A stretch of 64,000 nt of DNA from a virus. Under the pieces are notes generated by a model. It was not told the DNA's origin and made no database searches. It saw only the letters and a list, made by a program, of their open reading frames with translations. The stretch lies in IMG/VR virus record IMGVR_UViG_3300023296_000994. The stretch is one strand, 5' to 3'. This document shows, in pieces, positions 27,927-38,060 of this stretch (within the stretch, counting starts at the first letter, position 1; each line of letters opens with the position of its first letter). The translations under genes and the position numbers were made by a program.

Positions 27927-29581
27927 TATGATAATCCTTCGGGTACACTTCGTATCGACAAGCTTTCGTTTACTTTGTCTCTGTCCAATGTAATAGTACC
28001 TGATTGACGTACAGCTACAATAAGTTCTTTTAGTAATGCGTTTGTTTCACCACTGTTACCTGACAGACTTGTGCCGCCGATTAACAAGTCATCTTTATTG
28101 AATTTAATCGGTGGTTTTCCAGGACGTAAAATGAAGTCATCTACTTCTGTAGCTTCAGCTGCTACACTATTTCTACCTTTACCTCCAAATAATCGACTTC
28201 GTGCCATACGATCAAGCGCTGGTACTATCTTTTTCAATATTGCGTCTTGTATACCAATAACTGCATCTTGAATTTTTTCTTGTGGAGTTCTAAGTTCTTC
28301 TAACTTAGCTGCTACGGCTTCAGACCCATGCGAAGCTGCTATTTCTTGCATTTCAACAGCCTTAGACAGTTCATCAAACGATAGTCCAGCTGCGGATGCG
28401 AATGCTTCCTGTTCAAGTAGATTCGCATTTCGTAGGAACGGGCCAAACTGATCTATAACCGATTGAACAGCTTTAGCAGGGTCATTTAAAGCCAATGCTC
28501 TGGTTTTATCTAAGTTGAATGATTGGCCCGTAAGTGCTTCTAGCGTAAATTGCGATTCTAATGATGAACCTATGTCCAAGAATCCAAGAGCAACTGATCT
28601 GGCACGTTCGAAGTTAATACCAATACGTTTTGTTATTGCCACTTGCTTAATCAATTCGGCAGTTTGGCCCTTATATTGCATCCTTACACCCGCTGATAAT
28701 TTGACTAAATCCTTAGTTACCGAGCGTGCATCTACTTGAATGGTATTTCTTTTATTTTCAGCATCAAGTACAGATTCCAATTGAGAATTAAATTCACTGA
28801 CGTTTTGACCTGTAGCTAGTGTATATGCAAGTAATTGCCCGGCTTCATCATTACTTAATTTGAATTGACGAGTCAACTTTGTTACGTCAGCAACCATGTA
28901 CTTAGTCACTTTGGGCATAAACCCAAGTTCACTTGACATTGCAGTTAACGTTCCCAGTTGTTGGTCACGTAGCTTACCGTTCTTCGATAGCATTAGGTTT
29001 AATCCTCTGGCGGATTTTTCCGTCACACCGAATTCCATTCTAATTCGTTGAACTTTCTTTTCATTTGCCGCGAACAATTTAAGTAGGGCAGCGGCTGCCA
29101 ATACCAATAATCCGATGCCTGTTGCTGCAATTGCCCTAGTTATCATAGCAAATGCCATTTTACCAGCATTCATAATAGCCTTAAATGAACTTAGACCAGC
29201 CATTTTATTTTTCACATACGCGTCACCCAATGCTTGCGTCATACGGCCTATGCCCTTTTCTATCTGTAACAAGTCGGCAAGCTTATCACCCATTGGTAAT
29301 CTACGTAATTGGGCATCAAGTTTCTGTGCTCCCTTAAGTAGCGGACCATTGAATATCTTAGCCTGGTCTGTAAACATATCTTTAGCTTTTGCGGCCAAAT
29401 CTACTGCTTTAGATTGTAACTTTAGCTTTTCCTTTAATAGTTCAGTTTCTTTTTTTATAAGAGCATTAAGCTGGCCTTCAGTTTCAACACCATTATTCTG
29501 AACTTTTGTCAGTAAAGTTTGAAGCTGCTCAATTTGAGATTGAATGGCCGACAGGTCATTTATTGGATTTTTTGATGGCAT
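27926..29581 (-). CDS. Tape measure protein
   Basis: Helical Ala/Leu/Gln-rich, central hydrophobic stretch; follows the tail chaperone pair. Confidence 0.75.
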   Translation of the reverse strand: MPSKNPINDLSAIQSQIEQLQTLLTKVQNNGVETEGQLNALIKKETELLKEKLKLQSKAVDLAAKAKDMFTDQAKIFNGPLLKGAQKLDAQLRRLPMGDKLADLLQIEKGIGRMTQALGDAYVKNKMAGLSSFKAIMNAGKMAFAMITRAIAATGIGLLVLAAAALLKLFAANEKKVQRIRMEFGVTEKSARGLNLMLSKNGKLRDQQLGTLTAMSSELGFMPKVTKYMVADVTKLTRQFKLSNDEAGQLLAYTLATGQNVSEFNSQLESVLDAENKRNTIQVDARSVTKDLVKLSAGVRMQYKGQTAELIKQVAITKRIGINFERARSVALGFLDIGSSLESQFTLEALTGQSFNLDKTRALALNDPAKAVQSVIDQFGPFLRNANLLEQEAFASAAGLSFDELSKAVEMQEIAASHGSEAVAAKLEELRTPQEKIQDAVIGIQDAILKKIVPALDRMARSRLFGGKGRNSVAAEATEVDDFILRPGKPPIKFNKDDLLIGGTSLSGNSGETNALLKELIVAVRQSGTITLDRDKVNESLSIRSVPEGLS

Positions 29582-29595
29582 CTATTCAGTCCGTA

Positions 29596-29793
29596 TTACT
29601 TACCAGCGTTCTTTAAGTCTTCTTTATATTTTTTTAAAAATTCGTCCGTACTTTGAACAAGAGCGTCTACCTCACGCTTCAAATCAGCAATTTCGGACTG
29701 TAATTCACTATCTTGCGCATCAAATTTCTTAGCTAACTTAGATGGGTTAATATCTACTAGCGAAAATATAAATCTGGTAATCAAGCTATTCAT
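29596..29793 (-). CDS. Small hypothetical protein
   Basis: 65-aa ORF with promoter-like motif at 29808-29817. Confidence 0.5.
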   Translation of the reverse strand: MNSLITRFIFSLVDINPSKLAKKFDAQDSELQSEIADLKREVDALVQSTDEFLKKYKEDLKNAGK

Positions 29794-29834
29794 AGTAATT
29801 CCTTTGATATAAATATCACGGCAGGTGAATTCTA

Positions 29835-30072
29835 TTACTGCTGTGTATTAAGTAATGATTTAACAGAATCATCCATTGCTATAGATTGACCATCTTCAGT
29901 GCTGGAATTCACTTCCTCATAGAATTCTACAGACTGAGTAATATAAAACTTCCTTAGCCAAATGGGCATATTATACACATCTTGCCAAGTAAAACCACCC
30001 TTACCGTGGAATATCAGACCAAATATTTGTTGGTGCAGAATGGGCCTGTATTCAAGCCCCTGGCCAAAAAAA
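29835..30072 (-). CDS. Tail assembly chaperone C-terminal extension (GT-like, reached by frameshift)
   Basis: FFGQGLEYRPILHQQIFGLIFHGKGGFTWQDVYNMPIWLRKFYI; overlaps the end of the upstream gene at a T7 run with no good start of its own. Confidence 0.6.
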
Positions 30073-30885
30073 GTCAATGCCGATGGGTATATCAAAGAAT
30101 TCTGATATTTCCTCATCTTCTATTTCTACTTTTATCCTCAAATCTACATCAGGTTGGATTTTTTGTATATATTCCTTTAGTAATATAGAATCACTTGAAA
30201 GTAAATACGTATCTACAAAATCATTAATAGTCGAACGGGAATCATCGCCATCTACAGAAGTTATTATGTGCTTCATTCTAGTGGAGTTGGTTCTTTCTAT
30301 TCCAGATGTATTCTTTTTAGCCTGCCGCGTTAAGTCACTCTTTATAGCTGCTTCGGCATGACCATCTAATATCTTAAATGTAATTTGCTTATTAGAATTC
30401 GGTAATAGAAATGGTACGTTATTACCATGCTCTGTAAACAAATCTTCATCAAATTCTTTATCTTTTAATGTGGTGAGGTCTATTTCAACTTCATGCGGGT
30501 CATCTAACTTAGGAATAATAATTGAAACGCCGTATAACTTACCATATCCAAGTACTCGGGATGCAACCATTATCGCGTTCTTATCACCTAAAACCAAATC
30601 TCTATAATTAAACGATACACCTTCACCGTTACTAATTATCAATGATTCGAATAATTTGTCTAAAACTATTCCTTTTTTTATTAATGACGGTGTTGAAAGT
30701 ATATCTTCCTCACGGGCAGTCATATATTTCATTTCGACCATACCCGATCGTAAAGGATGGCCTTCTGGATATAGGAGGCCTTTTGACGGTAAATCGATTA
30801 TTTCAGTAGGAAACTTTAATTCTGTTTTGGTATACTGGGCAGCGACTTGCGCTTTTAGCGCATCATTTGATAATTCTGTTGACAT
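30052..30885 (-). CDS. Tail assembly chaperone / gp26-like hub assembly protein
   Basis: LPSKGLLYP, MTAREEDIL, L..GDKNAIM..SR..GYG, ends IDFFWPGA; between tube and tape measure. Confidence 0.8.
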   Translation of the reverse strand: MSTELSNDALKAQVAAQYTKTELKFPTEIIDLPSKGLLYPEGHPLRSGMVEMKYMTAREEDILSTPSLIKKGIVLDKLFESLIISNGEGVSFNYRDLVLGDKNAIMVASRVLGYGKLYGVSIIIPKLDDPHEVEIDLTTLKDKEFDEDLFTEHGNNVPFLLPNSNKQITFKILDGHAEAAIKSDLTRQAKKNTSGIERTNSTRMKHIITSVDGDDSRSTINDFVDTYLLSSDSILLKEYIQKIQPDVDLRIKVEIEDEEISEFFDIPIGIDFFWPGA

Positions 30886-30902
30886 AACTTATTTTCGTTT
30901 AA

Positions 30903-31391
30903 TTAGAATTGTAAAATTGCAAAATCATAGGAGAGCGAAAGAGTAATTGTTGAAAATGCGTCTTCAGCCCAATCCATAGCAGAAGGAGTCATATTCAATA
31001 TAAATGCTCCTTTAAGTGTCCATTCTTCTACCTTATCACCAAGTGGTCCTAAGACGTTAATAGTAATATCCTTTTTATAGAAGTCAGCGTAGCCTGCACG
31101 GCCTGTTACTGATTCATAATGTAACCTCATCCATTCCATTACCGCTTGTGCACCAGATGGTACAATTGGATCATACAATGTCAATTCGATATCCTGCCAT
31201 TCAGTCTTACCAGTTACATGTCGTTTTGTATTTATATGATCTAATGTTACTTTGTTAGTAGTAAAGTTTGGTCTTGCCGCACCTTTGATCATAAACGATG
31301 GGATTCCATCAACATACATAATAAATCTATGATTCTGTTTTGGCTGAAATGTACGGAACATTAGCTCATTAGGATCAATTAGTTCTGGCAT
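30903..31391 (-). CDS. Tail tube protein (T4 gp19-like)
   Basis: PKQNHRF, GKTEWQDIELTLYDPI, YKKDITI..LGP.G..VEEWTLKGAF, LSYDFA. Confidence 0.9.
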   Translation of the reverse strand: MPELIDPNELMFRTFQPKQNHRFIMYVDGIPSFMIKGAARPNFTTNKVTLDHINTKRHVTGKTEWQDIELTLYDPIVPSGAQAVMEWMRLHYESVTGRAGYADFYKKDITINVLGPLGDKVEEWTLKGAFILNMTPSAMDWAEDAFSTITLSLSYDFAILQF

Positions 31392-31413
31392 TATTCTTAT
31401 TCCTTTGTTTTAA

Positions 31414-32249
31414 TTACTGTATATAAGTATCATTAATTTTAGATTTATCTTTATTAAAATCGGATTCCCATATTATGCCAACAACATATCCATTAGATTT
31501 TAACAATTCAATTCTATCTAAGTCAGATTTCCATATATCTTCAGCTATCTTGTGAATTTGTGTGTGGTAATAATCTTTATCATACTTTATTGGATTACAG
31601 TGCCAATAATCACCAAAATATTCTATAACTTTATTTTCACTTGGTATAAATATATCTACTGATATGGCAACATCTTTTAAGAAACATTCAAGTTTAGCAT
31701 CACTATATTTTTGTTTAACTATTTCATATAGCTGTCGCTGTCCATTTGAAATTGATTTTCCGTTCGATTGTACGTGTGGTAAATATACTGCATATGGAAC
31801 ACCATACTTTTCCATCATTGTTTTTTTATTCAATTCTGGATTATTGTAATTCTCATCCCCATATCTTTTCAATTTGGTCCGTCTAACTTTATCTTGGCAT
31901 TTTTAGTATTCCAATGATTTTTTTCACTGTTAGCCCAGACTTGTAATTTCTTTCTTTTTTCAATTGATGAAACACTGCAGTAATTTGAACAATACTGGGC
32001 TGGTTTCCCGGAACTACGATGTTTCCAATTTTTATATCGTTCGAACGAAGTTCCGCAATTCAAACAATTTACAATTTCATGCGCTGTCGCCGATCTCCAA
32101 TCATGCATTGTTTTAATATCTTTAAATCGCTGGTGTCTATATTTCCAATCTATCCAAAATTCTATATTAGTCCATTCACATATTTTTTTAACTCGTTTTG
32201 GAGTACCACGATTAGATTTTTCTTTACTTATTGCTATAATTCCGTTCAT
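31414..32249 (-). pseudogene. Homing endonuclease (Zn ribbons + KYG repeats + Vsr-like domain) broken by a frameshift
   Basis: ORF 31869-32249 (CLNC, YCSNYC) joins ORF 31414-31872 (VDIF...VIEYFGDYWHCNP...IWESD) by a -1 shift near the A5 run at 31900-31904, giving ...CQDKVRRTKLKRYGDENYNN. Confidence 0.65.
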
Positions 32250-32254
32250 ACTTT

Positions 32255-33982
32255 TTAATCGCCAAATTGAGCACCTGTCGGCAATATCGAAAAATCAATG
32301 ATAATAAATTCTGCTGCACGTGCTGGTTGGATGTAAATATCACCTTTAAGTATATTACGATCAATTACATCAGGAGTATTGTTGGTTTCGTCCATTATAA
32401 CACGGAATGCATAAAGGCCCTGACCTTGTTGTACTGATTCCATATATGGATTAACAGTTGCCAAGAATCTATTTCTAAGAGCCGATGTGTTATTTTCGAA
32501 TACTAAGAAACGTGATGTAGATGCAATAAACTTCTTAAGGTTAATTAACAATCTACGTACATTAACACGGTCAAGTGATGTAGCTTTCTTTTGAAGTGTC
32601 TTTTGACCGAATACTGTAATTCCTTGTCCTGGGAATGTTGCAATTGGATTAATTCTACCATCATACAACGTATCACGGTTAGCTTTAGTCAACTTACGTT
32701 CTGCTTCTACAGCAACGTCAATACCACCACGAGTTAAACCAGCGGGGGCAAACCATTCGGCAGAAACTGAATCATTATATGATAATACACCTGGCATAAC
32801 AACCGAAGGTGGAACCCAAACGTTTTTATTAATTCTAGGCGCAGACATCTTAACCCAAGGCCAGTATGTAGCTGCGTATGATGAAATTAAGTTATTTGCC
32901 TGTGACGTAACTGTGGCCAATGTAGTTTGACCATGTGCTACAGGGTCAATTACAAGGAAAAGGTCACCCCGTTCTTCTGCTACTGTTTGCATTAATGAAA
33001 CGGTAGTACCGTGGTCTTGAAGGGTAACACCAGGTGCAACCATCAAGTTAATATCATATTCATCTGAATTCTTTAGTAATCGAATTGCAGGAGCATATGC
33101 GGTATTTGGGTCATATCCTTGGACGTTGGTTGCATATGAAGCAGAAAAGAATTGCTGTGGGTGAGTTACTTCACCATCTGATCCGGCGGACATAGCTCCA
33201 CCATCTGACCCCGAACCGGCAGTTGGAAGCGAAGCGGACGCGGCAGGGACGCGGACGTTACCATTAGTATCCAAATAATCCACAGTATCAACCACAGCCG
33301 ATACACGAACATAATTTGAAATAGGTGGATAATCGCCTGTTAACTGAATAAATGGATCACTTGTAGATGCATCCATTAATGTGTAATATTGATCACCTAT
33401 AGCACGTGCTATATAATTGGTTGAATTCGGGTCAAGTGATATATTATTAAATTGTTCTAAATATATCTTTCTATTTTCAGTATCATCGCCACGTCTAACA
33501 GACAGGGTAAATGTACCTGTTTCATTATTTACGTTTGATACTTCGTATCGTAAATTATTTTCAGTACCATTAGCCAATGCTTCATTAGTACCAATGGTTC
33601 CGGCGGAATTCATAATCGCGCCATCGCCAAATGTTGTCAATTTAAACGATGCGGTTGATGAAGGCGTTCCATAATACACACTGGCTGTTGCTGGTGTATA
33701 ACTTCCGCTTAGAATTCTAACAACAGTTAATGCACCGGAGTTACGTAGATAGTAATCAGCGGTTAAGCTGGTAAAATATTCGTAGTATTTACTACCACTT
33801 TGAAACGTAGTACCAAATTTTGCAGCATATTCGGAAAACGAATTAACTGTGATTGGTATCATTGCTGGACCTTTTACGGTAGGGCCAACTATAGCAGCAC
33901 CTATTTCCGAAACACCCTGTGGTATAAAAGATAAATCATTCTCTCTAGTAAATACACCAGGACTAACTATTTTTTCTGCCAT
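32255..33982 (-). CDS. Contractile tail sheath protein (T4 gp18-like)
   Basis: SPGVFTREND, YAATYWPW, WFAPAGLTRG, INPIATF, GQKTL, RVNVRRL, FENN. Confidence 0.95.
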   Translation of the reverse strand: MAEKIVSPGVFTRENDLSFIPQGVSEIGAAIVGPTVKGPAMIPITVNSFSEYAAKFGTTFQSGSKYYEYFTSLTADYYLRNSGALTVVRILSGSYTPATASVYYGTPSSTASFKLTTFGDGAIMNSAGTIGTNEALANGTENNLRYEVSNVNNETGTFTLSVRRGDDTENRKIYLEQFNNISLDPNSTNYIARAIGDQYYTLMDASTSDPFIQLTGDYPPISNYVRVSAVVDTVDYLDTNGNVRVPAASASLPTAGSGSDGGAMSAGSDGEVTHPQQFFSASYATNVQGYDPNTAYAPAIRLLKNSDEYDINLMVAPGVTLQDHGTTVSLMQTVAEERGDLFLVIDPVAHGQTTLATVTSQANNLISSYAATYWPWVKMSAPRINKNVWVPPSVVMPGVLSYNDSVSAEWFAPAGLTRGGIDVAVEAERKLTKANRDTLYDGRINPIATFPGQGITVFGQKTLQKKATSLDRVNVRRLLINLKKFIASTSRFLVFENNTSALRNRFLATVNPYMESVQQGQGLYAFRVIMDETNNTPDVIDRNILKGDIYIQPARAAEFIIIDFSILPTGAQFGD

Positions 33983-34075
33983 TTATAATCTCCGTTATGT
34001 TGTTTGTTCCTCTAATTAGAGTACTATTCACTATATAAATATATAACTATTCTACAAACCACTACCACTATAATA

Positions 34076-34315
34076 TCAACTTGATATAAATTCCCCACTA
34101 TCAATGTCAATAGTACCTGAGCCATACTTATCAGTTAGTACTTGAGCTGCATTGGTTTCATCTTGTCTAAGTTTATTTAAATCAATAGTTAGTGTATTTT
34201 GTTTTCTATCTAGTTCAATACGATCTATTGATATTTTACCAAGTTCATACGAAATGACATTATATCGTTCGCGTATTTCTGTTACTGTGGCTAATTCTTC
34301 CTGTGTTAACTTCAT
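34076..34315 (-). CDS. Small coiled-coil protein
   Basis: KLTQEEL...LTDKYGSGTIDIDSGEF; promoter motif upstream. Confidence 0.6.
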   Translation of the reverse strand: MKLTQEELATVTEIRERYNVISYELGKISIDRIELDRKQNTLTIDLNKLRQDETNAAQVLTDKYGSGTIDIDSGEFISS

Positions 34316-34355
34316 TTTTATTTTTTTTATTTTAAAATTCTATATATAAGTATCA

Positions 34356-36266
34356 TTATGTCGGTTGAACTATTAATGCTATAGCTCTGTTAAATGAGGG
34401 TAGCGTAACACTAGCAGTATTAGATGAAACTGTACCGGTTATTACAGTATCTTCAATTGAAGTATCGCAATCAAATGGCCTTGCATCAAATCCACCGGTA
34501 AAAGATACTGGAATAGATACTGATACACCCGTTCGAGCAGGACATTCAGCAGACGCTGTTAAATAATATGATGAAGAAATGTCGGCACTACCACTTTGTA
34601 TATCAAATATATACGCGGCGGTCTTGTTTTCATTTTGCATAGCCATCGCATAATACCCAGTATCCGTTGTTAAGTTATTTATTGCACTGTGTGTTTCTTC
34701 ATGAAAACTAGCGGATTTAGCAAATCTAATAGATGCGTAATTCATGGCTGGTGTATTAACCGTAGCTAAATGATTATTAATATCCCATGAACATCCGACG
34801 CCACATGCTCCAGAAAATGCGTTTTCCCAATATGCATGTTTATCATGTAATGCTCTGGTAATACCAAATAATTCCGAAGTCTTATCGGATTCTATATTAG
34901 CTGCTATCCACTGACCATTTCCCATCGAACCATTAATATATTTAGCAGTTGTAAGGTCAATATAATCAGAATTTGGATGGGTATAGTGATTGTATACAGC
35001 ATATAAGTTTTCTGAATCTGCGCTTATACTGATAATCTTGGGTTTAACTGGAGGATTGTGGTGTAGATGTGAACACCTAACATCCATATTAGCACCTGTG
35101 TGTTGTTCGGTGCCTGTTCCACCATCGCCTGTGGCTATCCACTGACCATATGGGTCGATAGATTCCATGTATGTTTTCATACCCTCATACCATGATTCCA
35201 AATCCGCTTTGCCGGTTGGTAATGTTGTATCATAATTGTGGCCGAATAAATAAACTTCAGCACATAATTCACGAATCATCCATCCAGTACGATATCCCCA
35301 CCGAGCTATTGAATATCGTAGTGAATTTTTAAAATAATCGGTTGCGGTATCAGTAGTAGTTAAATCTCGGGGGTGATTTAATGGACCGTTGTTATCTTCA
35401 TACCATATTGACGATGACCATTCTGAATTCCATGATGCTGTTACCTGATCGGAAAACGCGCTGGGTGCATCATCCCATAATAGTAACATTTGATTTAGGC
35501 CACCTCTATGAAAAAATACATTCCATGTTCCAATTCCCGCCGCATCACATGCAACATTTATATCATTTATGGCATTGGCCGCGAATCTACTTATAGTTCC
35601 TGGTATACCATTTGTATCCTGATTATCCAATAAATGTAAATCATTACTAAAGTTAAATCTAAGATAGTTCCACTCATCGGGATAATTTGACATTGAATCT
35701 ATAAGTACGGTATAGTCTGCGGGGTCAAAGTTGGCGGAACCCGAAACGTATTCTGGATCACCGGGCGTATATAACGTTGTACCGTATTGGGCATTAAATC
35801 CAGCGGGATAAAATGCTTGGCCACCTTTTAATGCTAATTGAGGTTCAGTGGGATGGTCCCTAATGAAATCAGTCATTAACCAACTAGAGCTATACTCAAT
35901 TACATCATTTTGTACAGTTGGAATTTCAGTATCTATTGCTACCGTTACATTATATATTCCATCTGGAAATCTAGTATTGGCCGTATATGTTTCACCATCA
36001 TTTTCATAATAAAATGGATGTGTATATACTTCCGCTTGTTGGCCGCTGGTGGATGCGAATGTGGCAATTACGCTTGCATTATCATAGTTACCCGGGTACC
36101 CTGCGTATGCAAATGATACCGGAAGATATTCAGATTCTAATGTACCCTGCTCTAATGTTATAAAATCTGATATATTAGTGATGGTAACGCCACTTATGTC
36201 GGTTTTACTGTTTATTATTATCATAATTACAATTACAATTACTACAGCTATAACTATAGGAATCAT
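34356..36266 (-). CDS. Putative glycoside hydrolase (GH5-like TIM barrel) with N-terminal membrane anchor
   Basis: Hydrophobic N-terminus; NYLRF, LRYSIARWGY, ELCAEV, SIDPY motifs; catalytic integrity uncertain. Confidence 0.5.
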   Translation of the reverse strand: MIPIVIAVVIVIVIMIIINSKTDISGVTITNISDFITLEQGTLESEYLPVSFAYAGYPGNYDNASVIATFASTSGQQAEVYTHPFYYENDGETYTANTRFPDGIYNVTVAIDTEIPTVQNDVIEYSSSWLMTDFIRDHPTEPQLALKGGQAFYPAGFNAQYGTTLYTPGDPEYVSGSANFDPADYTVLIDSMSNYPDEWNYLRFNFSNDLHLLDNQDTNGIPGTISRFAANAINDINVACDAAGIGTWNVFFHRGGLNQMLLLWDDAPSAFSDQVTASWNSEWSSSIWYEDNNGPLNHPRDLTTTDTATDYFKNSLRYSIARWGYRTGWMIRELCAEVYLFGHNYDTTLPTGKADLESWYEGMKTYMESIDPYGQWIATGDGGTGTEQHTGANMDVRCSHLHHNPPVKPKIISISADSENLYAVYNHYTHPNSDYIDLTTAKYINGSMGNGQWIAANIESDKTSELFGITRALHDKHAYWENAFSGACGVGCSWDINNHLATVNTPAMNYASIRFAKSASFHEETHSAINNLTTDTGYYAMAMQNENKTAAYIFDIQSGSADISSSYYLTASAECPARTGVSVSIPVSFTGGFDARPFDCDTSIEDTVITGTVSSNTASVTLPSFNRAIALIVQPT

Positions 36267-36278
36267 TATTATTAAATA

Positions 36279-38057
36279 TCACAGAAATGGATCTGTGGGT
36301 GTTATGGCGGTGGATGCTGATGCAATTGATGTTGACATTTCAGCGTATGTATGAAAGTCCTTACTTACTGCCGTTCCATTTATATCGCCATAGTGATGTA
36401 ACGAATAGTCCGTATAGTTACTTGGAAATGATTCGTTATTAGTTTGAAGTATTTTTTGGCCAATGGCATTAGATGCTATTTGATGCCTACGTGCTGATTC
36501 AGACATTACATATTCAATAGCAAGCCCAGTAGAATTACTTAAAACCAAAGATACACTTTGTGTTTCAAACGTACCTTCCACGGTAGAACTTGTGTAAAAC
36601 CAGGGAGTTGATATTCCTTTGGTAAATGGTATATCATAAAACATAGACGCTGTATTATACAATGAAAATATATCGCTATCTTCTGTTAAACTGGTATAGT
36701 ATCCAGGTCCGGGGTATTGTAACGATGAACTTAATAGAACCAATGTTGTATCAACCCTAGTAACCCAATGAGACGGTGGTAGGGTTTCGCCGCCAATACT
36801 TTTATTAATTATATTTAATGCAAAGTTCACATATTCTACTTCACGTAAATCATCAGTACCGAGTAAATTAAAAGTTACGTCCCAATTATCATAGCCGTGG
36901 CCGCCAAGTGGTGTATTATACCAATAGACATTTTTATTACTCTCACTTAAAGTGGCATATTGATCGTATGTTCCTTTGGCAACAGGCGCGTTTGTCTGAT
37001 AAAATAAATGGTTATCTCTAAATGGTACGAGCTTGTCTGCTCCAGCGCTTTGCATAATTACTGGATATGGTATTTCACGATTACGTATTATAGTGTCCAT
37101 TTCCACGGATGCAGTATATGATCCAAATGATTCTATGGACCCAATTACCTTTTTTTCCAAGCGATTTAATTTATTATTACCTAAATCATTTGCAAATGTA
37201 AGTTGTGCGGTCTGGGCGCCGCCTGCTGAATTACCCTGTATAATGTATTTTTTAATTGCGTTTGGTAATACTGTTTGAATATTATCATCAACCCAATCCC
37301 ATGCATCGATGGCGTCTATCGTTGCCATACCAGATGTTCCCAACGCAGTTTGTAAAAATTCAGTTCCATTATCAATACTAAATGACGGCGGCGTTGTATT
37401 TTGGTCGGTAAGACTATACCCCATAAGAGTCGACGTTACACCCAATAATCTTTCCGGTGATTGTACATCTGTAAGATTAAATAAAGACCCAGTAACTGCG
37501 GTCCATCCCCGTCTATATTCCACCGTTATACAATGGATTCCGGCCCGGCGAAACTGATTAATGGTTTCATCTGGAGTGGCCTCGAAATTAGAATACCCTA
37601 CGTCAAAGCCTCCGCCGTGGAAATAAAGTAATATCGGCGCGGCGACGGTGGGATCGCCAAAGCTTGATGTTGAATTAGTTGATTGTAATGGTGAAAACCC
37701 ATATGCTGGGTATACGTCCATATATAAAAGCTGGGCGTATCCCTTTGCATTAGTTCTAGTTAGTCCGCTATATCCTCTACTTCCAGTAACATCATTAATG
37801 AATTCCAAGAACTTAGCTTGTCTATCCCCTACAGCAGTAGCCTCTATATCGGAATTAATAGTAGCATAATTCGACGCGCTCCAAGTAGATGACGTAGGAA
37901 ATTCATCACTAGCTGTGGCCGTGTAGAATATTCTCTGGATACTGCCGCTGTTAAGTAGGGCTACTACCGTATCTAATTGACCTGTATTATTTCCTATTAC
38001 GTATGTATCTGGTTCAAATATACCTTTAGATACTACATTAGTCGTAAATTCAGCCAT
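36279..38057 (-). CDS. Alpha/beta-hydrolase (esterase, HSL-like)
   Basis: YFHGGGF oxyanion motif, VEYR, GNSAGG nucleophile elbow, D.LVP, GHG. Confidence 0.8.
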   Translation of the reverse strand: MAEFTTNVVSKGIFEPDTYVIGNNTGQLDTVVALLNSGSIQRIFYTATASDEFPTSSTWSASNYATINSDIEATAVGDRQAKFLEFINDVTGSRGYSGLTRTNAKGYAQLLYMDVYPAYGFSPLQSTNSTSSFGDPTVAAPILLYFHGGGFDVGYSNFEATPDETINQFRRAGIHCITVEYRRGWTAVTGSLFNLTDVQSPERLLGVTSTLMGYSLTDQNTTPPSFSIDNGTEFLQTALGTSGMATIDAIDAWDWVDDNIQTVLPNAIKKYIIQGNSAGGAQTAQLTFANDLGNNKLNRLEKKVIGSIESFGSYTASVEMDTIIRNREIPYPVIMQSAGADKLVPFRDNHLFYQTNAPVAKGTYDQYATLSESNKNVYWYNTPLGGHGYDNWDVTFNLLGTDDLREVEYVNFALNIINKSIGGETLPPSHWVTRVDTTLVLLSSSLQYPGPGYYTSLTEDSDIFSLYNTASMFYDIPFTKGISTPWFYTSSTVEGTFETQSVSLVLSNSTGLAIEYVMSESARRHQIASNAIGQKILQTNNESFPSNYTDYSLHHYGDINGTAVSKDFHTYAEMSTSIASASTAITPTDPFL

Positions 38058-38060
38058 ACA

